A stretch of DNA of 64,000 nucleotides from Octopus bimaculoides (GCF_001194135.2 NC_068982.1:40786882-40850881); one strand, 5' to 3'. Positions 13,474 through 27,883 are shown, numbered from the stretch's first letter. Notes: generated by a model from the sequence alone, not told the origin. Numbers and translations are program-made.

Positions 13474-15261
13474 CTCTAGGAGTTATTGCTCTAAAAATAT
13501 TTTATAGAAAGTTTAAACACTAATTCTGGAATATATAATAAGAAATTAATTAATGTATTGTTACGCGTGTTGCATATGTCTATTTCTTTCATTCTGATCT
13601 CTTCTTCATCAACATGAATTTCATGTTTCTGATGCCGAGCAATGAAAACACTATCTGCATCAACCATTTTACCGCTCTTGGATAGCCTGATAAAGTTATA
13701 GGCAGAACTGAATCTCCAGACCGACCCTTAACAAAAAAAGAAAAAGACATTTTCATCGTTTATTTCATTAACATTTTACTGCTAGTTTTAACAGTGATCT
13801 TCCTTGATATCTCTTATTTAGTTCTCATCTATTTACTCCTGTTCACACTGTTCTCGCTTCTGTTCCCCATGTATACATCTTTCATGCCCTTAATATATTT
13901 CAGCTTTCATCAGCCATCTTTCATCACTGATTCGTCTGCTTAGCAGGTGACGATAATATTCTCTACTGAATTGCTTCCAGTAACATAACATTTTTTGCAA
14001 AACTACATCCATCGCAACCTTTCCTAAATTATTTTTCGTATGCACTGCAAATTATAAATTTTGCAAGAAATTTTGAAAAGTTTTTTTTTCCAGTTTTACG
14101 ATTTTTCTTTCGTTTATATTTTACATTCAGCAGAATATATATGCATTTACCAACTACAGCTTACTTCATGCCTGTCTGACTACTAACCCGTAGCTATTTC
14201 GATCAACATGTACCTAACCAAACATTTCAGTGTAGAATGGAATGTCTAGTATAAGTTTCAATCATTTGTGAACGTATTCCCATTGAAACATACAGCCCAA
14301 TATTTCAGGTATTTCATAACATATTCAAGATTTAGGATTAAAATAACAAATTCTACCATTATCAAGTTGGTGTTCGAAGTAGTTCAATAAAGGGTCCGTA
14401 CATATAACAGAAAATTTAAATTTAAATATAGACAATTTAAAAGATAAAGCTTTGCATGGAAACAGGCGTTCACGGGCAGATTGCTATCGAAGGTGTTAAG
14501 AAAGTGATTAGCCGGTGTTCTTTTCTTAATTGGAGCTTTCTGACTTCGGAAGCGGGATATTCCAACCCAAATCCGTCAACTGAGCATGTCGTGTGAGTAA
14601 AACTTCCTCCCTACATTGCAAGACTTGATTGGTTTCTGAAGAGAGATTAAATCTTTAACTTCTGTTAATAATTTTGGATATTATCAATAGCTGATGTTCG
14701 TTTTCTTGTAGTCTCTTAAAATTTCCATAATCTCTTAGTTATTCTGCCTCGTCAAAGCAATACTCTTAGCTAAGAACTCTACTGACTTAACTACGTCTAC
14801 CCTCAAATCCCTTAACTATTTGGTGGTAGCTTTCACTGCACCGTACAGATCACTTCTACTTTAAGTAACAAAGGACCTCGTTCTTTCTTTCTCTTTTTAG
14901 CTTCCATTGTTATTTTCTCAAGTATTATGTTTCTTGTACGCTAATTAATTTAACTTGCTCTTACGATTAATTTGTAATATTTTAAGATTAAATAATTCAG
15001 TCTTTAGTTATTCTAATTCTTTATACAATAGCTTCCACCTATTCTATTCATACATCGATTTGTTCTTACTAGAATAAACCTGACTAGTTAACGAAGGACA
15101 TGAAAAAATTGATAACATTTTATTATATTACCAAAGCAGTAACACAAACGAATAAAAAGAAAATCTGGTTTCTGCGACACGTCAATGCTCACAAGCCACT
15201 TGCACCATTATCATCATTACCACTAATCAGTGAGCTGGGGAAACTCCCTACTAACGAGGGA

Positions 15262-15712
15262 ACGTTTATGCAGCCGTTCGATCTACTAGAAATAGCAACC
15301 AAATCTCGTCCAAATTGCATGCACCTGTCATTATAAAAATAAAGTAGTCCGAGATTCTTTTTAAGTGTTTTGCCGGATATTATTGGAGGTTTAAGCAAGG
15401 AGTTATTAATGAAACGTTCCCATGGGCATCCTAACATGGATATACACGGGTCGGACGTCCAGCACCTTTCATTGACCAATTCTATGCGCACTTGGGTATG
15501 TTGCCCTACTAATCTCTCGAACGTTACAATGCTATGAGTCTGTGTGGTTGAGTCTGGTAAATTCAAACAAACTCAATCAGATGAGTTCCATACTATGTCT
15601 GTATGTCTGCAGTGGGGAGGAGGGAGACCGGAACGGTCACGGTTTGAATGACTTTGGTCAGACGTTTGGCTGCTCAATCAGCACTGATCTATGACTAGAC
15701 AACAAAATAGAC
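15262..15712 (+). repeat. Interspersed repeat family E (split here by the RTE fragment); degenerate relatives near 30-265, 43810-43975 (-), 54470-54610 (-) and 59050-59185 (-)
   Basis: Shared blocks: CGATCTACTAGAAATAGCAACCAAATCTC-like and GGTCACGGTTTGAATGACTTTG...CTGCTCAATCAG-like sequences recur in these intervals. Confidence 0.5.
15368..15590 (+). mobile_element. 3' fragment of an RTE-clade LINE nested in a family-E repeat
   Basis: FAGYYWRFKQGVINETFPWAS*HGYTRVGRPAPFIDQF resembles the RTE C-terminal fAGHcwR...W.P.HG...GRP..yidQL motif. Confidence 0.7.
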
Positions 15713-16323
15713 AATCATAAGAATATTAACACCAATAACAATCATTCATTTACTATTGCTATAACAATGAAAATGACGCAAAATAGTTCTTCGTTTGGTA
15801 AACAACTTGTTATACAATCAAAAGTAATTTGACTCGTTATTAACCATACAAGATTTTTTTAAAACTTCGTGAGATATAAAATAAATTGTTTTTGACGGTA
15901 GAACCCCAAATAAATAAAGCTATAATAGCATGCAAAATATTGGGTTTAAAAACTACTTGGATAGAAAAGAGAAATCGAAGGTTGCCTGCAGAACTCGAAC
16001 CCTCATTTTCAGTGAACATGATAGATGCACTACTTGGAAATTTTGCCATCTATGTCAGAAGCTTTGCTTTTACGAGCGAGAAAGGTATGTTGTTTACATC
16101 ATTAGCATTTTATGATAGGAACAAAGTTTCTAAAATGGATAAAAAGAAACTTGGAGTTTTGCTTTGATATAATAGTAGCACATCTGTCAAGTTCACAGGA
16201 GATATGAGTTCGAATCTCACGGATAGTATTCGAATTTTTACCTCCAATAGCTTTTTGGATTTTTTTTTAACCCGATATTCTACATACTATTATTTTTAGC
16301 TTTATTTACTTCAAGTAACACTG

Positions 16324-16371
<48 letters not shown>

Positions 16372-16591
16372 CCAAACAATTTATTCCATGATAGAATCGA
16401 TCCCAGTTTTTTTACATCCATGAGAGGGCTGTTAAAATAATGTACCAATCATGAACTGGAGTTGATGTTATCGACTATACTCTTCTCCAAAATGAGTGCT
16501 TTGTGTTAATGTTATTAAATCATTAATAGCCGAACTATTAATCAAAGGGTTTGTAGATTAGAAGAAAGAAAACGCTCTCTGTATATGATGC

Positions 16592-16990
16592 AGGTATAGC
16601 TGAGTGGTTAAGAAGTTAGTTTCATAACCATATGGTTCCAGGTTCGATCCATTTGTTTGGTAACTTGGGTAGGTGTCTTTCTACTAAACTGCAGATTGGC
16701 CAACGTTTCGTGCGGTAAATTTGGTAGCAGACGTAATCGTACGAAAACCTGTCCGTATATATACAAGTGAGTTTATGTATACATATGTGTATGTATTTAT
16801 GTATGTACGTGTGTGTTTGTGTACCGGTGTGAATCGGCACAGCATCTTTTTATGAAAAGCAGTAAGTTAGCCATTCGATAAATGGAGATCGATAAAATAT
16901 GAATAAGACAAATAATGTCTGAGGCCGATATTATCGATATTAAAAGCCTTGAAGGTGGTGCCCCCAGTCCAACGACTGAAACCAATTAAA
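16592..16990 (+). mobile_element. Diverged family-A SINE; further partial copies at 8715-8915, 21083-21215, 27911-28049, 38090-38300 (-), 47201-47355, 50832-50917 and 61772-61904 (-)
   Basis: Recognisable head (TAGCTGAGTGGTTAAG...GGTTCGATCC) or the 3' module in each interval. Confidence 0.75.
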
Positions 16991-17828
16991 GAATATGTGA
17001 TCAGAATTTGACTGGATTTTTTTTTTTTTTTTTTTTTTGGTACAACCAATTATTAAAGCTATTAATAACTAGCATAGATGTTACTGCAATAAAACTGTGA
17101 ATAAGAGGGTATTTCAATAACATCTAGTGTTTCGTGCATACAAATAACTTGAAACCGTAAAGACAGAGAAAAAAACGGAAAACAAAACTATAAAAATCAA
17201 CAACTTTACAGTTTTGTGATCATTAGTAATAATTACAATAATTATATTTTGTAATCATTAGTAATCATTAATTAAAATTAAAACGAAATTGGACACTTCC
17301 TAGCATCAGTAGTCTCNNNNNNNNNNNNNNNNNNNNNNNNNNNNNNNNNNNNNNNNNNNNNNNNNNNNNNNNNNNNNNNNNNNNNNNNNNNNNNNNNNNN
17401 NNNNNNNNNNNNNNNNNNNNNNNNNNNNNNNNNNNNNNNNNNNNNNNNNNNNNNNNNNNNNNNNNNNNNNNNNNNNNNNNNNNNNNNNNNNNNNNNNNNN
17501 NNNNNNNNNNNNNNNNNNNNNNNNNNNNNNNNNNNNNNNNNNNNNNNNNNNNNNNNNNNNNNNNNNNNNNNNNNNNNNNNNNNNNNNNNNNNNNNNNNNN
17601 NNNNNNNNNNNNNNNNNNNNNNNNNNNNNNNNNNNNNNNNNNNNNNNNNNNNNNNNNNNNNNNNNNNNNNNNNNNNNNNNNNNNNNNNNNNNNNNNNNNN
17701 NNNNNNNNNNNNNNNNNNNNNNNNNNNNNNNNNNNNNNNNNNNNNNNNNNNNNNNNNNNNNNNNNNNNNNNNNNNNNNNNNNNNTCTAACGATAGTTGCG
17801 AATATTGTTTCTTAATAAAGGTAGGAAT

Positions 17829-18263
17829 TAAGGCGGTGACCTGACAGGATCATTAGCATGCCGGAATGGTGCTTAGCGGCATTTCGTCCGTTTTTACGTT
17901 CTGAGTTCAAATTCCACCCAGGTCGACTTTGCCTTTCATCCTTCTGAGATCGATAAAATAAGTACCAATTGAGCACTGGGGTGGATGTAATCGACTTATC
18001 CCCTCCCCCGAAATTGCTGGCATTGTGCCAAAATTTGAAACCAATAGGGGTATGAATTAAGGCGGCGAGCTGGCAAAAGAGCTAGCATGCCGGGGAAAAT
18101 GCTTAGCGGCATTTCGTCCGTTTTTACGTTCTACGTTCTACGTTCAAATTCCGCAGAGGTCGACTCTGCTTTTCATCCTTCGGGGTCGATAAAATACCGG
18201 AGTCAGGCTAATAGACTTAGCCCGTGTCACGAAATTGCTAGCCTTGTGCCAAAATTTGAAAGC
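17829..18263 (+). mobile_element. Two tandem family-B SINEs
   Basis: AAGGCGG...AAATTTGAAA units at 17829-18045 and 18058-18263. Confidence 0.9.
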
Positions 18264-18452
18264 AACGTCGGGTAAGAATTTACAATCGATAAAACCGCTT
18301 TTATTTGTCGAACCCAGATGAGTGAAATACAAGGCGAACAACGGCGTAGCTTGAACTTATATAGTAAATAGACGTAACTGAATGTCACGGGTACTTTGTG
18401 TACCACACTACTGATATTGCTATCAACTGTTTTGGTTATTATTATTTTTAGA

Positions 18453-18703
18453 CCCTTAAACGGCGGGAAAGGGTTACCGGAACGTGTGTGCCAAACGGGC
18501 AAAAACAAAAAATATCTCTTTTCCGTAAAGGTAATTTTTATACTTATTTTCACTTTAAATAAGTACAAAAACTATAACAATTCTTAATCTCTCGCACAAG
18601 AAAAATTGCGAAAATTCACGTAAGATATTCACTTTCCTTTCATAATAGCCGTAACCATGTAAAAATTTTGAAGCATTAATTGATGGTGTCCGCTGTTTAA
18701 GGG
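18453..18703. mobile_element. piggyBac-type MITE
   Basis: TIRs CCCTTAAACGGCGG / CCGCTGTTTAAGGG; TTAA on the right, degenerate TAGA on the left. Confidence 0.7.
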
Positions 18704-20028
18704 TTAACATACGTAAACTCTGGCATCATTTACAAATTCTAAAAAAATATAAAAAGTTGAAGTTCAATCAAACGGAATTTGAACTCAAAATATACAAAGA
18801 TGTACCTAAATACAGGCTACCGAACCTGTCAATAATTTTATTGTTTTGGTATTACTCGCATTAACTTCACACCATCGTATCATCAACAATTTCAATATCA
18901 TTACACCACACGACTATCATGTCCGCCATGCAAATTCATTCTTGTCCTTTATCCACCATATTTCTAGAAATGATCTCTTCTGTCTTCGTTCCATATTTTT
19001 CATTGAATTAAGAAATTTTAAAATTGTTAATAGGATGCGTGGTAGCCTAAAATTTAAGCGTCATACGCCTAATTATCTTCTAATTGCTTAGCTTTAGAGC
19101 TTAGCGCCAGCCTTGTGTGGGTTTTGTCTTTAACGCCAACTCGTGGAATCAATGGATATGCTTCTATGTTATTAAATTTCCTCGACAAAGTATATTCTTC
19201 TCAAATGGTAAGACTTCTGATGTGACCGCGAAAATGCCCTCGATGTAGGCATGAATGTCACACACTCCACCTATATTCTCTCTTCCTAAAAAAAATTCAT
19301 AATTCAGATCCACATATGAAATGACTACTACTACGACTACTACTACTGCTGCTAATGTGCTTCGTCAAAGACTGCAAAAGGTTCAATATTTAGTATTCAT
19401 TTATTTTAAATCAAATTCTAACATCCACACAAACTCACTCTTCTCTCTCACTCTCCATTTCTGTTTTTCCCTCTCTCCCCCCTCTCTCTCTCTATCTCTC
19501 TCTCTCTCTCTCACTCTCACTTTCGCACTGGGTTTTTTTTTTCACTTTGAAGGTTATCTCTGGTACGTTTTATAATTAAATTCCATACTATTTATAATAT
19601 AAATTAGTACCGGGATAAATATTAAAAGATCAATTCAATCGATCCAAATATTTCATTCAGCTNNNNNNNNNNNNNNNNNNNNNNNNNNNNNNNNNNNNNN
19701 NNNNNNNNNNNNNNNNNNNNNNNNNNNNNNNNNNNNNNNNNNNNNNNNNNNNNNNNNNNNNNNNNNNNNNNNNNNNNNNNNNNNNNNNNNNNNNNNNNNN
19801 NNNNNNNNNNNNNNNNNNNNNNNNNNNNNNNNNNNNNNNNNNNNNNNNNNNNNNNNNNNNNNNNNNNNNNNNNNNNNNNNNNNNNNNNNNNNNNNNNNNN
19901 NNNNNNNNNNNNNNNNNNNNNNNNNNNNNNNNNNNNNNNNNNNNNNNNNNNNNNNNNNNNNNNNNNNNNNNNNNNNNNNNNNNNNNNNNNNNNNNNNNNN
20001 NNNNNNNNNNNNNNNNNNNNNNNNNNNN

Positions 20029-20091
<63 letters not shown>

Positions 20092-20296
20092 GTATGTATA
20101 TCACACGTATGTATTTAATATATTATGTGTTACGTTTTATTACATTATAAGTATATTCACTCACAGTCACACGCATAAACATACATAACATTTCTGTTTC
20201 CCTAAATGCACAAACATACACGTGTGTGTATGCATTGAGATAGATAGATAGATAGATAGATAAGTAGGTAGGTAGGTAGGTAGGTAGGTAGGTAGG

Positions 20297-20351
<55 letters not shown>

Positions 20352-20450
20352 GTAGGTAGGTAGGTAAATAGGTAGGTAGGTAGATAGATAGAGAGAGAGA
20401 GAGAGAGAGATGCATGTGAGGGTATAATATATTTCTGTGCNNNNNNNNNN

Positions 20451-20493
<43 letters not shown>

Positions 20494-21239
20494 GGATAAT
20501 GCTTTAACACTTTTTAAACTCAACTCTGGATATTGATTGCCAGGACATTGTCAGTAACAAAGAAGAAACCAAAAGAAAGTGTATGCATTTGTGTATGCCT
20601 GTGTGTGTATGTGTGTGCGTGCGTGCGTGCTTGTGTCTCTGTGTGCATTTATGTGCGTAGATACATGTATGTGTGCGTGCATATGAGTTTCTTAGGCATG
20701 GCGCCATTTCTTTTTTCTTTTCAAAATGGACATAAACTCGATAGAACTAACTCCAATATCTACCTCGAATGTCTCGTACAGCAGCCGAAATGTTGGATTG
20801 TAACCAATCGTTTTTACGCTAGTATCTTACTCATGATGGCCTAAAGATCAAAATTCTTTCCTCTGCGCTCATTGCAGTAATACTTTCACTTCTGTTTGCG
20901 AATCATTTAATTTGTTTTTGAAGCTTGTTATTTTATTTTATTTTATTTTTGGTATGTGAAAGGAACTTCAATAAACTCGTGGCCTGGTCTGGTCTGGTCT
21001 GGTCTGTTCTGGTATGGTATGGTGTAGTTTGGAATGGTATGGTATGGTGGGTTGAAAATAAATTTCTGAAACTATGACATGAGTGCAGACCGGGCCGTAT
21101 GATTAAGAAGTTCACTTCGCAGTCACTTGGTTCCTAGTTCGATTCTCTTAGAAAATAAGTGCTTTCTACCAAAGACCTGGGTTGAACAAATTAGTGAACT
21201 TGGTAGGCAGAACTCGTAGATATATATATATATATGTAT

Positions 21240-21475
21240 ATCACGTGATTGGCCAGACTATCAGATGTTGTTACATATCGCTAGTCACAATGCACTTTGC
21301 ATTGTTTTAGTCATCAAATTGACGCCACTCCGCTGGCCAGGTGAGCAGACCAACATTCCCCCTTGATGGAAAGGAGACTGGAACAACGTGAAATGAAGTG
21401 TTTTGCTCAAGAACACAACGCGCCGCCCGGTCTGGGAATCGAACCCACGATTTAGCGATCGTGAGTGCTAAATCG
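21240..21475 (-). mobile_element. SINE family D (tRNA head plus core-like TTGAGCAAAACACTTCATTTCACG domain); diverged + copy at 61262-61560, related body at 28436-28630
   Basis: B box GGGTTCGATTCCC followed by AGACCGGGCG as in family C; shared core block with 61340-61400. Confidence 0.7.
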
Positions 21476-22019
21476 TACTCAATCAAGCGAATATAAAATC
21501 AACTTTTATATTTTTCACACCTATCGAATCCAGTCAGTTCATGTTCTAATTTAAAAATCACACCAGACAGGTGAGTTCATTGTCATCGAAATTAGATGAC
21601 TCATTCAAATGGTTAACTGAAATTTGTTTTATGTTGGCAGTACAGTTAAAATTAACCTAAAGCCTGTGTCCATTGAACAATTTCTTATGGTTAGTGAAGA
21701 ATTGCTTTCCTATTAACTTTTAATTTATTTCATGTTAGTGGTGCAGCTAATACTATACTTAATGAAGAATTTCTTGTATTTATGTCTGGTAGGAAAGTTC
21801 CTGTCTTTTAACTATTTCTGTTGTGCCCAAAGCAGTTCACACGTTGAGTAAAGCAGGAGTACGAATCAGCCAAATCTGATGATAATGAACTGAATAAACT
21901 TTAATGGGTTTGAAAGTATAAGTAACGTGAACTGACTGGATTCTATACTTGTAATATACGCATGTGTGTGTGTGTGTGTGTGTGTGTCTGTGTGTGTGTG
22001 TGTGTGTGTNNNNNNNNNN

Positions 22020-22061
<42 letters not shown>

Positions 22062-22369
22062 CTATGTATCTATGTATGCAAGTATGTATATCATTGGGGG
22101 ATGGCAGAATCAGGCCATCGAGCGAAAATACACCGTGGTATTTGTTTATGTCTCTTTACGTTCTTGCTATGTCTCTTTACGCCATGATCGACATTTGCCT
22201 TTCCTCTCTGTTGATATCGATAAAATAAATATCTGAGAAAGTAAGGGATACGATGCCAACATAATTGAAGTAAAGTCTTCAAAGGCTGAACTCCAACGTG
22301 GCCGAAGTCCAATGGCTGAAACGAATGAACGAATAGAAGAATGGGCAAAGGATTTAACAAAATATCATA

Positions 22370-22420
22370 CTGCCGTGACGGGTGATATATCAAGATGGCG
22401 GCTGCGAAGACAACGTTAAA
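22370..22420 (+). promoter_or_regulatory. Candidate promoter/TSS region with an exact YY1-type motif
   Basis: CAAGATGGCGGC at 22391-22402 in a locally CpG-richer patch; second YY1-like GCCATTTT near 22890; starts a ~3 kb stretch nearly free of interspersed repeats. Confidence 0.3.
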
Positions 22421-23945
22421 TGTAGTGAAAAGCAGTAATTCAACTTAATGTAACAAGTGTTAAGAAGAAAAATCCAGTAACTTACAAAATGTCGATAGAG
22501 GAAAATGCTCAAACTACCACTTTTGACATATAAATATTGTGTCAATAGTAATGCAAATATTGTAGTGAGCCAAAAATGTGAATAATTTACTAAACAATGT
22601 AATTGTATGTTCCAAAGTCAGATATGGAGAAGAAAAGGAAATGAAAGCAGACGATAAATCAAAACGTATCGGAAAGATTTCGTTGAATATTAATTTCTGA
22701 CCCTGGCATGTGGCCATGAATTTTTAGGGTAAAGAAGAAAGGGCAAAGTCTGTTGAATCGCTTCCATCACATGCCTGGAGTTTATTTTGCTGGTTCTTTT
22801 GGAATGAAAAGTGAGGTTAACCGCAGAGAAATATGCATTAAAAACAAAACCGAGGGAAGAAACTAAATATGTACAACGTAAGATAGTATCTGCCATTTTA
22901 GCGCCCTTAAAATTCAGTTGAACGCAATTAAACACTGATGTTTTTCTTTTAAAAAAAAAGAAAAAGAAAGAAATATTGGTTTTGTTTGATTTTTTTTGTT
23001 GCCGCATAAAAGTGAAATAAGATTTTGAGGGATACATTGCTTTTCCAAAGATATTTCTAGTGAAATGAAATAGTTTTAACTGGTAATAAAAATTCCTAGG
23101 GTTTTACAACATGCTCGTTGGAGCTCAGCAATATTGTGCTAGAGAAACATATAGTCTGTAATGTTTTAAAAAATCTTAAAACAAGTGCTGAAAGGAAAAG
23201 ATGACACCTTATTATTAGAAATCTTTAAGGGAAATGAAGAGGGCCAATAAATTATAAAGAAAGAAAAAATGAGAAACGATAACAGAGAAGGTAATAAATT
23301 AGAGTTTGAAGAAACTAGAGATGGTTTGTGGTGTAAAGCTGGTGTCCCATAACATTAACGATGAGCTCCGGTGAAAAGGATAATTCATATGATTATTAAA
23401 ATAAAATCATTTCGTTGTACTGTGAGATACGAGTTTGAATGCTTCGATTGGGATTCTTCATAAACAGGAATCTTCACTGAAAGGAACCTTCTTGGAAGAA
23501 ATATATTTATTCAAAGAAGGTACCTGTGCGGGAAGAAGAGGTCTCTCTTCGGAACATCAGAAATTGTTTCTCTTCTTCCATACGTACTTACTTTCTTACA
23601 AGATTTTATTTTCTTACGGGGCGGTAATACCTTACTACTTAATATTAATAAAATACATTAATATGAATTTTTTTTTTTTTTATGTGAAATTTAAATAATC
23701 TGATGAAGCGAGAAAAGGCAACAGGGATTATGGTTAACAACACGATACGAACATAAAATAAAACCCCTTATCAGAAATAGAGAGATATGAGGAAGTCAAT
23801 AAAACACAAATCCACCTAAATTACTATGGAGAATATGTAACAAGTCCTGATGACCACTTTAATGTCAATAATGGTTGGTAAAGAGAAAATAATTGAGGGA
23901 TTACATAAAAAAAAAAGAAATGAAATCAACAAATAGGACGTATTA

Positions 23946-24037
<92 letters not shown>

Positions 24038-26112
24038 CAATAATAATGATAATAGTCTATTGTTATGAACAGAAATTATTTTCCATGTATCACATGGCAA
24101 ATATGAAGTTGATGACTTGGGATAAATGAAAATAAAAAAAAATAGAATGTGGAAGTGCAGCAAAGTACAATAAATAAGATAATAATAAAACAAACAGAAG
24201 CTGTATATCAAGGAACTTGACATGTAAGAAAGCAGGTTTAAGAATTCTGTTTATTATTTTACTGATGCCAGGTAGAAAAGTAATATAACATTTCAAATAA
24301 AAATCTAAAGTAAAACGTTTTAAAAATCTGCGAAAAACCTCGCTCAATTTGTTGAGAGAAACCAAAATGAAAAATATTTGCAATAAAAATTACAGTAAAG
24401 TTAGCAATAACAGAAAAATAACAAGGCAAAGTTTAAATAAAATCCAGGACATTATGAAATTTGAAAGTTATGGTAGGAAAAGCCAAACAGAGGAGAACGA
24501 AAGCAATGGCTACGACTCATTCACTCCAATGCTCCACTGTCATGACAATTTTCCATCGCCTTGCTTTCAAGAATATTTTATTGGCTTCTTTTTCACTACA
24601 AAACAAAAAAACAATCTTTTACTTGACGATGACGTCAGGTTTGAAGTATAGTTCTACCTGAAGGAAATGATAATTGGATAAAAAGTCAGATACGAAAATG
24701 CAATAGATTCACTAACACAATGGTTTGGACAAAAAATAAAGAAGCTGATGACGTTGTAAAAAAAATAAGAAAGGATAAACCAATTATAACCGCATGTTGT
24801 GAAATGGCAAAAAAACAGAATTAAATACGTAATTAAACAAAGATACTTTAAATACAAAACTAACAGCTGAAAAGTGGGGGAAATGTTAACATCAGTGGTA
24901 GGTATGAAAAGTTATTCACTTAATCCTGAAAATCTCGACAAATGTGAACAGAAAGAAAATAGGAATGCAGGAAGTAGTTGACCTATGTGATAAATTAAAC
25001 GAAAATTATGATATATACCAGATGGTGTATCCAAGCTACAAAAGGTCTTAAGCAGAACGAACATTCGTAGAAGGCACACAGCTAAAAGTTTCTGCGATAA
25101 GAGCCATTGGTATCAGAGTATCTGACTTACTGCGTTTTTCTGAGTGTTGTTTATCGCTGGAAAGCATGAACAATAATCTCTAATAGTGTGAAGGATGCAA
25201 TAATACCACTTGTTTACTGATATATTAATGTACTTATGTGTTGTGTGCAGTAGTGAAGTAGTCTAAAAGGAAAACCATAATAGGAAGTTATTCTAGCATG
25301 AATAATTTCAACAATCAATTTAGTATTGAGTGGCTGTATGAATGGATAGGTGTAACTTTTTATTATATACTCTGAAAAAGATTCAACGCACTTCAGGAAA
25401 ACACTACTTCAAACTTCATCCCTCTCTCATTCACTGAATACCCTACATCAATTGAGAAGTCCGTTTCATCTTATGGGAGTAATATTTCATGAAGCATGTA
25501 AGAATGTCTCCCAGAGAACTTATCCCTAGCAGGACTCATTCACTCAGTGCTGCTTTGTTCTATATTCAGTTCTTCAAGAATACAAATGTGATGTGCATAT
25601 CTGTACGCGTAAGTGTGGTAGGCCTTCGTCTGTTGAGGTCGTCCGTAGACATTGAGCCCTATGCGTGAGTCGCATCAGGGTTGGTGTAGCAAATAATATA
25701 ATGGGGTAGCGAATAAAGTAATAGTAAAAGTAAAGTAATTGTATTAATGTGAATATGTGTAAGCATGTATGTGTTATCATGTATGTATGTCATTATTCAG
25801 TTTCATTTCAAGATTTCTTGCCAACAGAGAAAGAGCCGGTTTCTAACCCAGATCTAAGGCTCCTTCATTGGAATTTCAACATCAACGGTATGTTTGTTTG
25901 TATGTATGTATGTATGTTTGTATGTATGTATGTATGTATGTATCATCTCAACAGTCACAGTATTAGCGTGAATAATATCATAATTTGATGAACCGATGAA
26001 CAGCCAAATGGACAGTCTTAGTGTACCCGACGGCTAATCCACCTTAGGAGCAAACGTACAGATATGTGTGAGAGTGTGTGTCTTTATATATATATATATG
26101 TATGTATGTATG

Positions 26113-26148
<36 letters not shown>

Positions 26149-26497
26149 NNNNNNNNNNNNNNNNNNNNNNNNNNNNNNNNNNNNNNNNNNNNNNNNNNNN
26201 NNNNNNNNNNNNNNNNNNNNNNNNNNNNNNNNNNNNNNNNNNNNNNNNNNNNNNNNNNNNNNNNNNNNNNNNNNNNNNNNNNNNNNNNNNNNNNNNNNNN
26301 NNNNNNNNNNNNNNNNNNNNNNNNNNNNNNNNNNNNNNNNNNNNNNNNNNNNNNNNNNNNNNNNNNNNNNNNNNNNNNNNNNNNNNNNNNNNNNNNNNNN
26401 NNNNNNNNNNNNNNNNNNNNNNNNNNNNNNNNNNNNNNNNNNNNNNNNNNNNNNNNNNNNNNNNNNNNNNNNNNNNNNNNNNNNNNNNNNNNNNNNN

Positions 26498-26531
<34 letters not shown>

Positions 26532-26557
26532 ACACACACACACACACGCACACACAC

Positions 26558-26658
<101 letters not shown>

Positions 26659-27176
26659 TACATACCGATACATACGCATATAAATTTATCTCTGAAGATG
26701 TATATGTGTTTGTGTTTACAAATGTATTTATCTATGCACATACATATATACGTGTGCGCATGTGTATGTGTGTGTGTGTGTTTGTGTGTGTATAAGCATC
26801 AACTAATCGATAGATATAAATATGTTGAGATTTGATGTGAATTGTGGCGTAAAACCGGATGCAGCGGTTTACCAGTGACTCAGAAGTGCTTTTCTTGGTT
26901 TACCAACAGAAATTTTAGCTTAGAAGAGATATGTTCATTGGCTGAAACACAAGGCCTGCGTTAGAAAGGTAGAATAAGTGGAAGATATCCGCTAAACAGA
27001 ATAAACAATAGTTTGTCCAATACTGAAGCATAATGCTATGTCCAGGAACTTTCCTCAGCTTGTGTTGCCTTTCTATTTGTCTGACTCGTCCAATCTCTGC
27101 AAAGCAACAAGAAGTAGCGGCGGTGCTTAAAATATTGTAGTATTTTTATGAGGTTTCGCTTGTCTATGATTTACTA

Positions 27177-27600
27177 TTATTGGCGAGCTGGCAGAGTCGT
27201 TAGCACGTTGGACGAAAGGCTTAGCAGTATTTCGCCGTCGCTACGTTCGGAGTTCAAATTCCGCCGAGGTCAACTTTGCCCTTCATTCTTTCGGGGTCGA
27301 TAAATTAAGTACCAGTTGCGTACTGGGGTCGATGTAATCGACTGCCCCGACAAAAAAATTTCGGGCCTTGTACCTAGAGTAGAAAAGAATCGTTAGCACA
27401 CCAGGTAAAATGCTTAGCGGTATTTCGTCCGTCTTCGCGTTCTGAATTCAAATTCCGCCGAGGTCGACTTTGCATTTCATCCTTTTGGGGTTAATAAAAT
27501 TAGTACCAGTTACACACTGAGGTCGATGTAGTCGACTATCCCCCTTCCCCTAAAACATCAGGCCTTTCATCCTTTCGGAGTTGATGAATTGAAAACCAGT
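27177..27600 (+). mobile_element. Two tandem family-B SINEs plus a partial duplication
   Basis: Units at ~27177-27390 and 27390-27565. Confidence 0.85.
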
Positions 27601-27629
27601 TTTTCTTATTACTATTAATATTTGTAAAA

Positions 27630-27745
27630 TAATATTTTGCTGGATATGATGGAAATTGTCAGCTGTTCATAACCAGCAGACTAAGGTGACACTTATTCAC
27701 ACCCACAGCTTTCATGCTCGCCGCAGCGCCCTTTCGCTTGACCGG
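27630..27745 (-). mobile_element. 3'-end fragment related to the Dong/R4 3' UTR
   Basis: Minus-strand AAGTGTCACCTTAGTCTGCTGGTTATGAACAGCTGACA resembles AAGGTGTTACCTTAGTTCACTGGTAGTGAACAGCTGACA in the 28.7 kb 3' UTR. Confidence 0.55.
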
Positions 27746-27843
27746 GCATACATATATACGTACATATATATGATATATCATATATAAATATATATACGTA
27801 CATATGCATATATAATATATATATACATACGTACATATATATA

Positions 27844-27883
<40 letters not shown>

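Noticed and set aside
13885-13925. Minus-strand CUGAUGA-AAGCU-GAAA
   Set aside because: Too short for stem II and no stem I pairing; probably chance.
25620-25690. GC-rich hairpin CCCTATGCG-TGAGT-CGCATCAGGG as a structured RNA
   Set aside because: A single short hairpin with no recognisable motif or second copy in the window.
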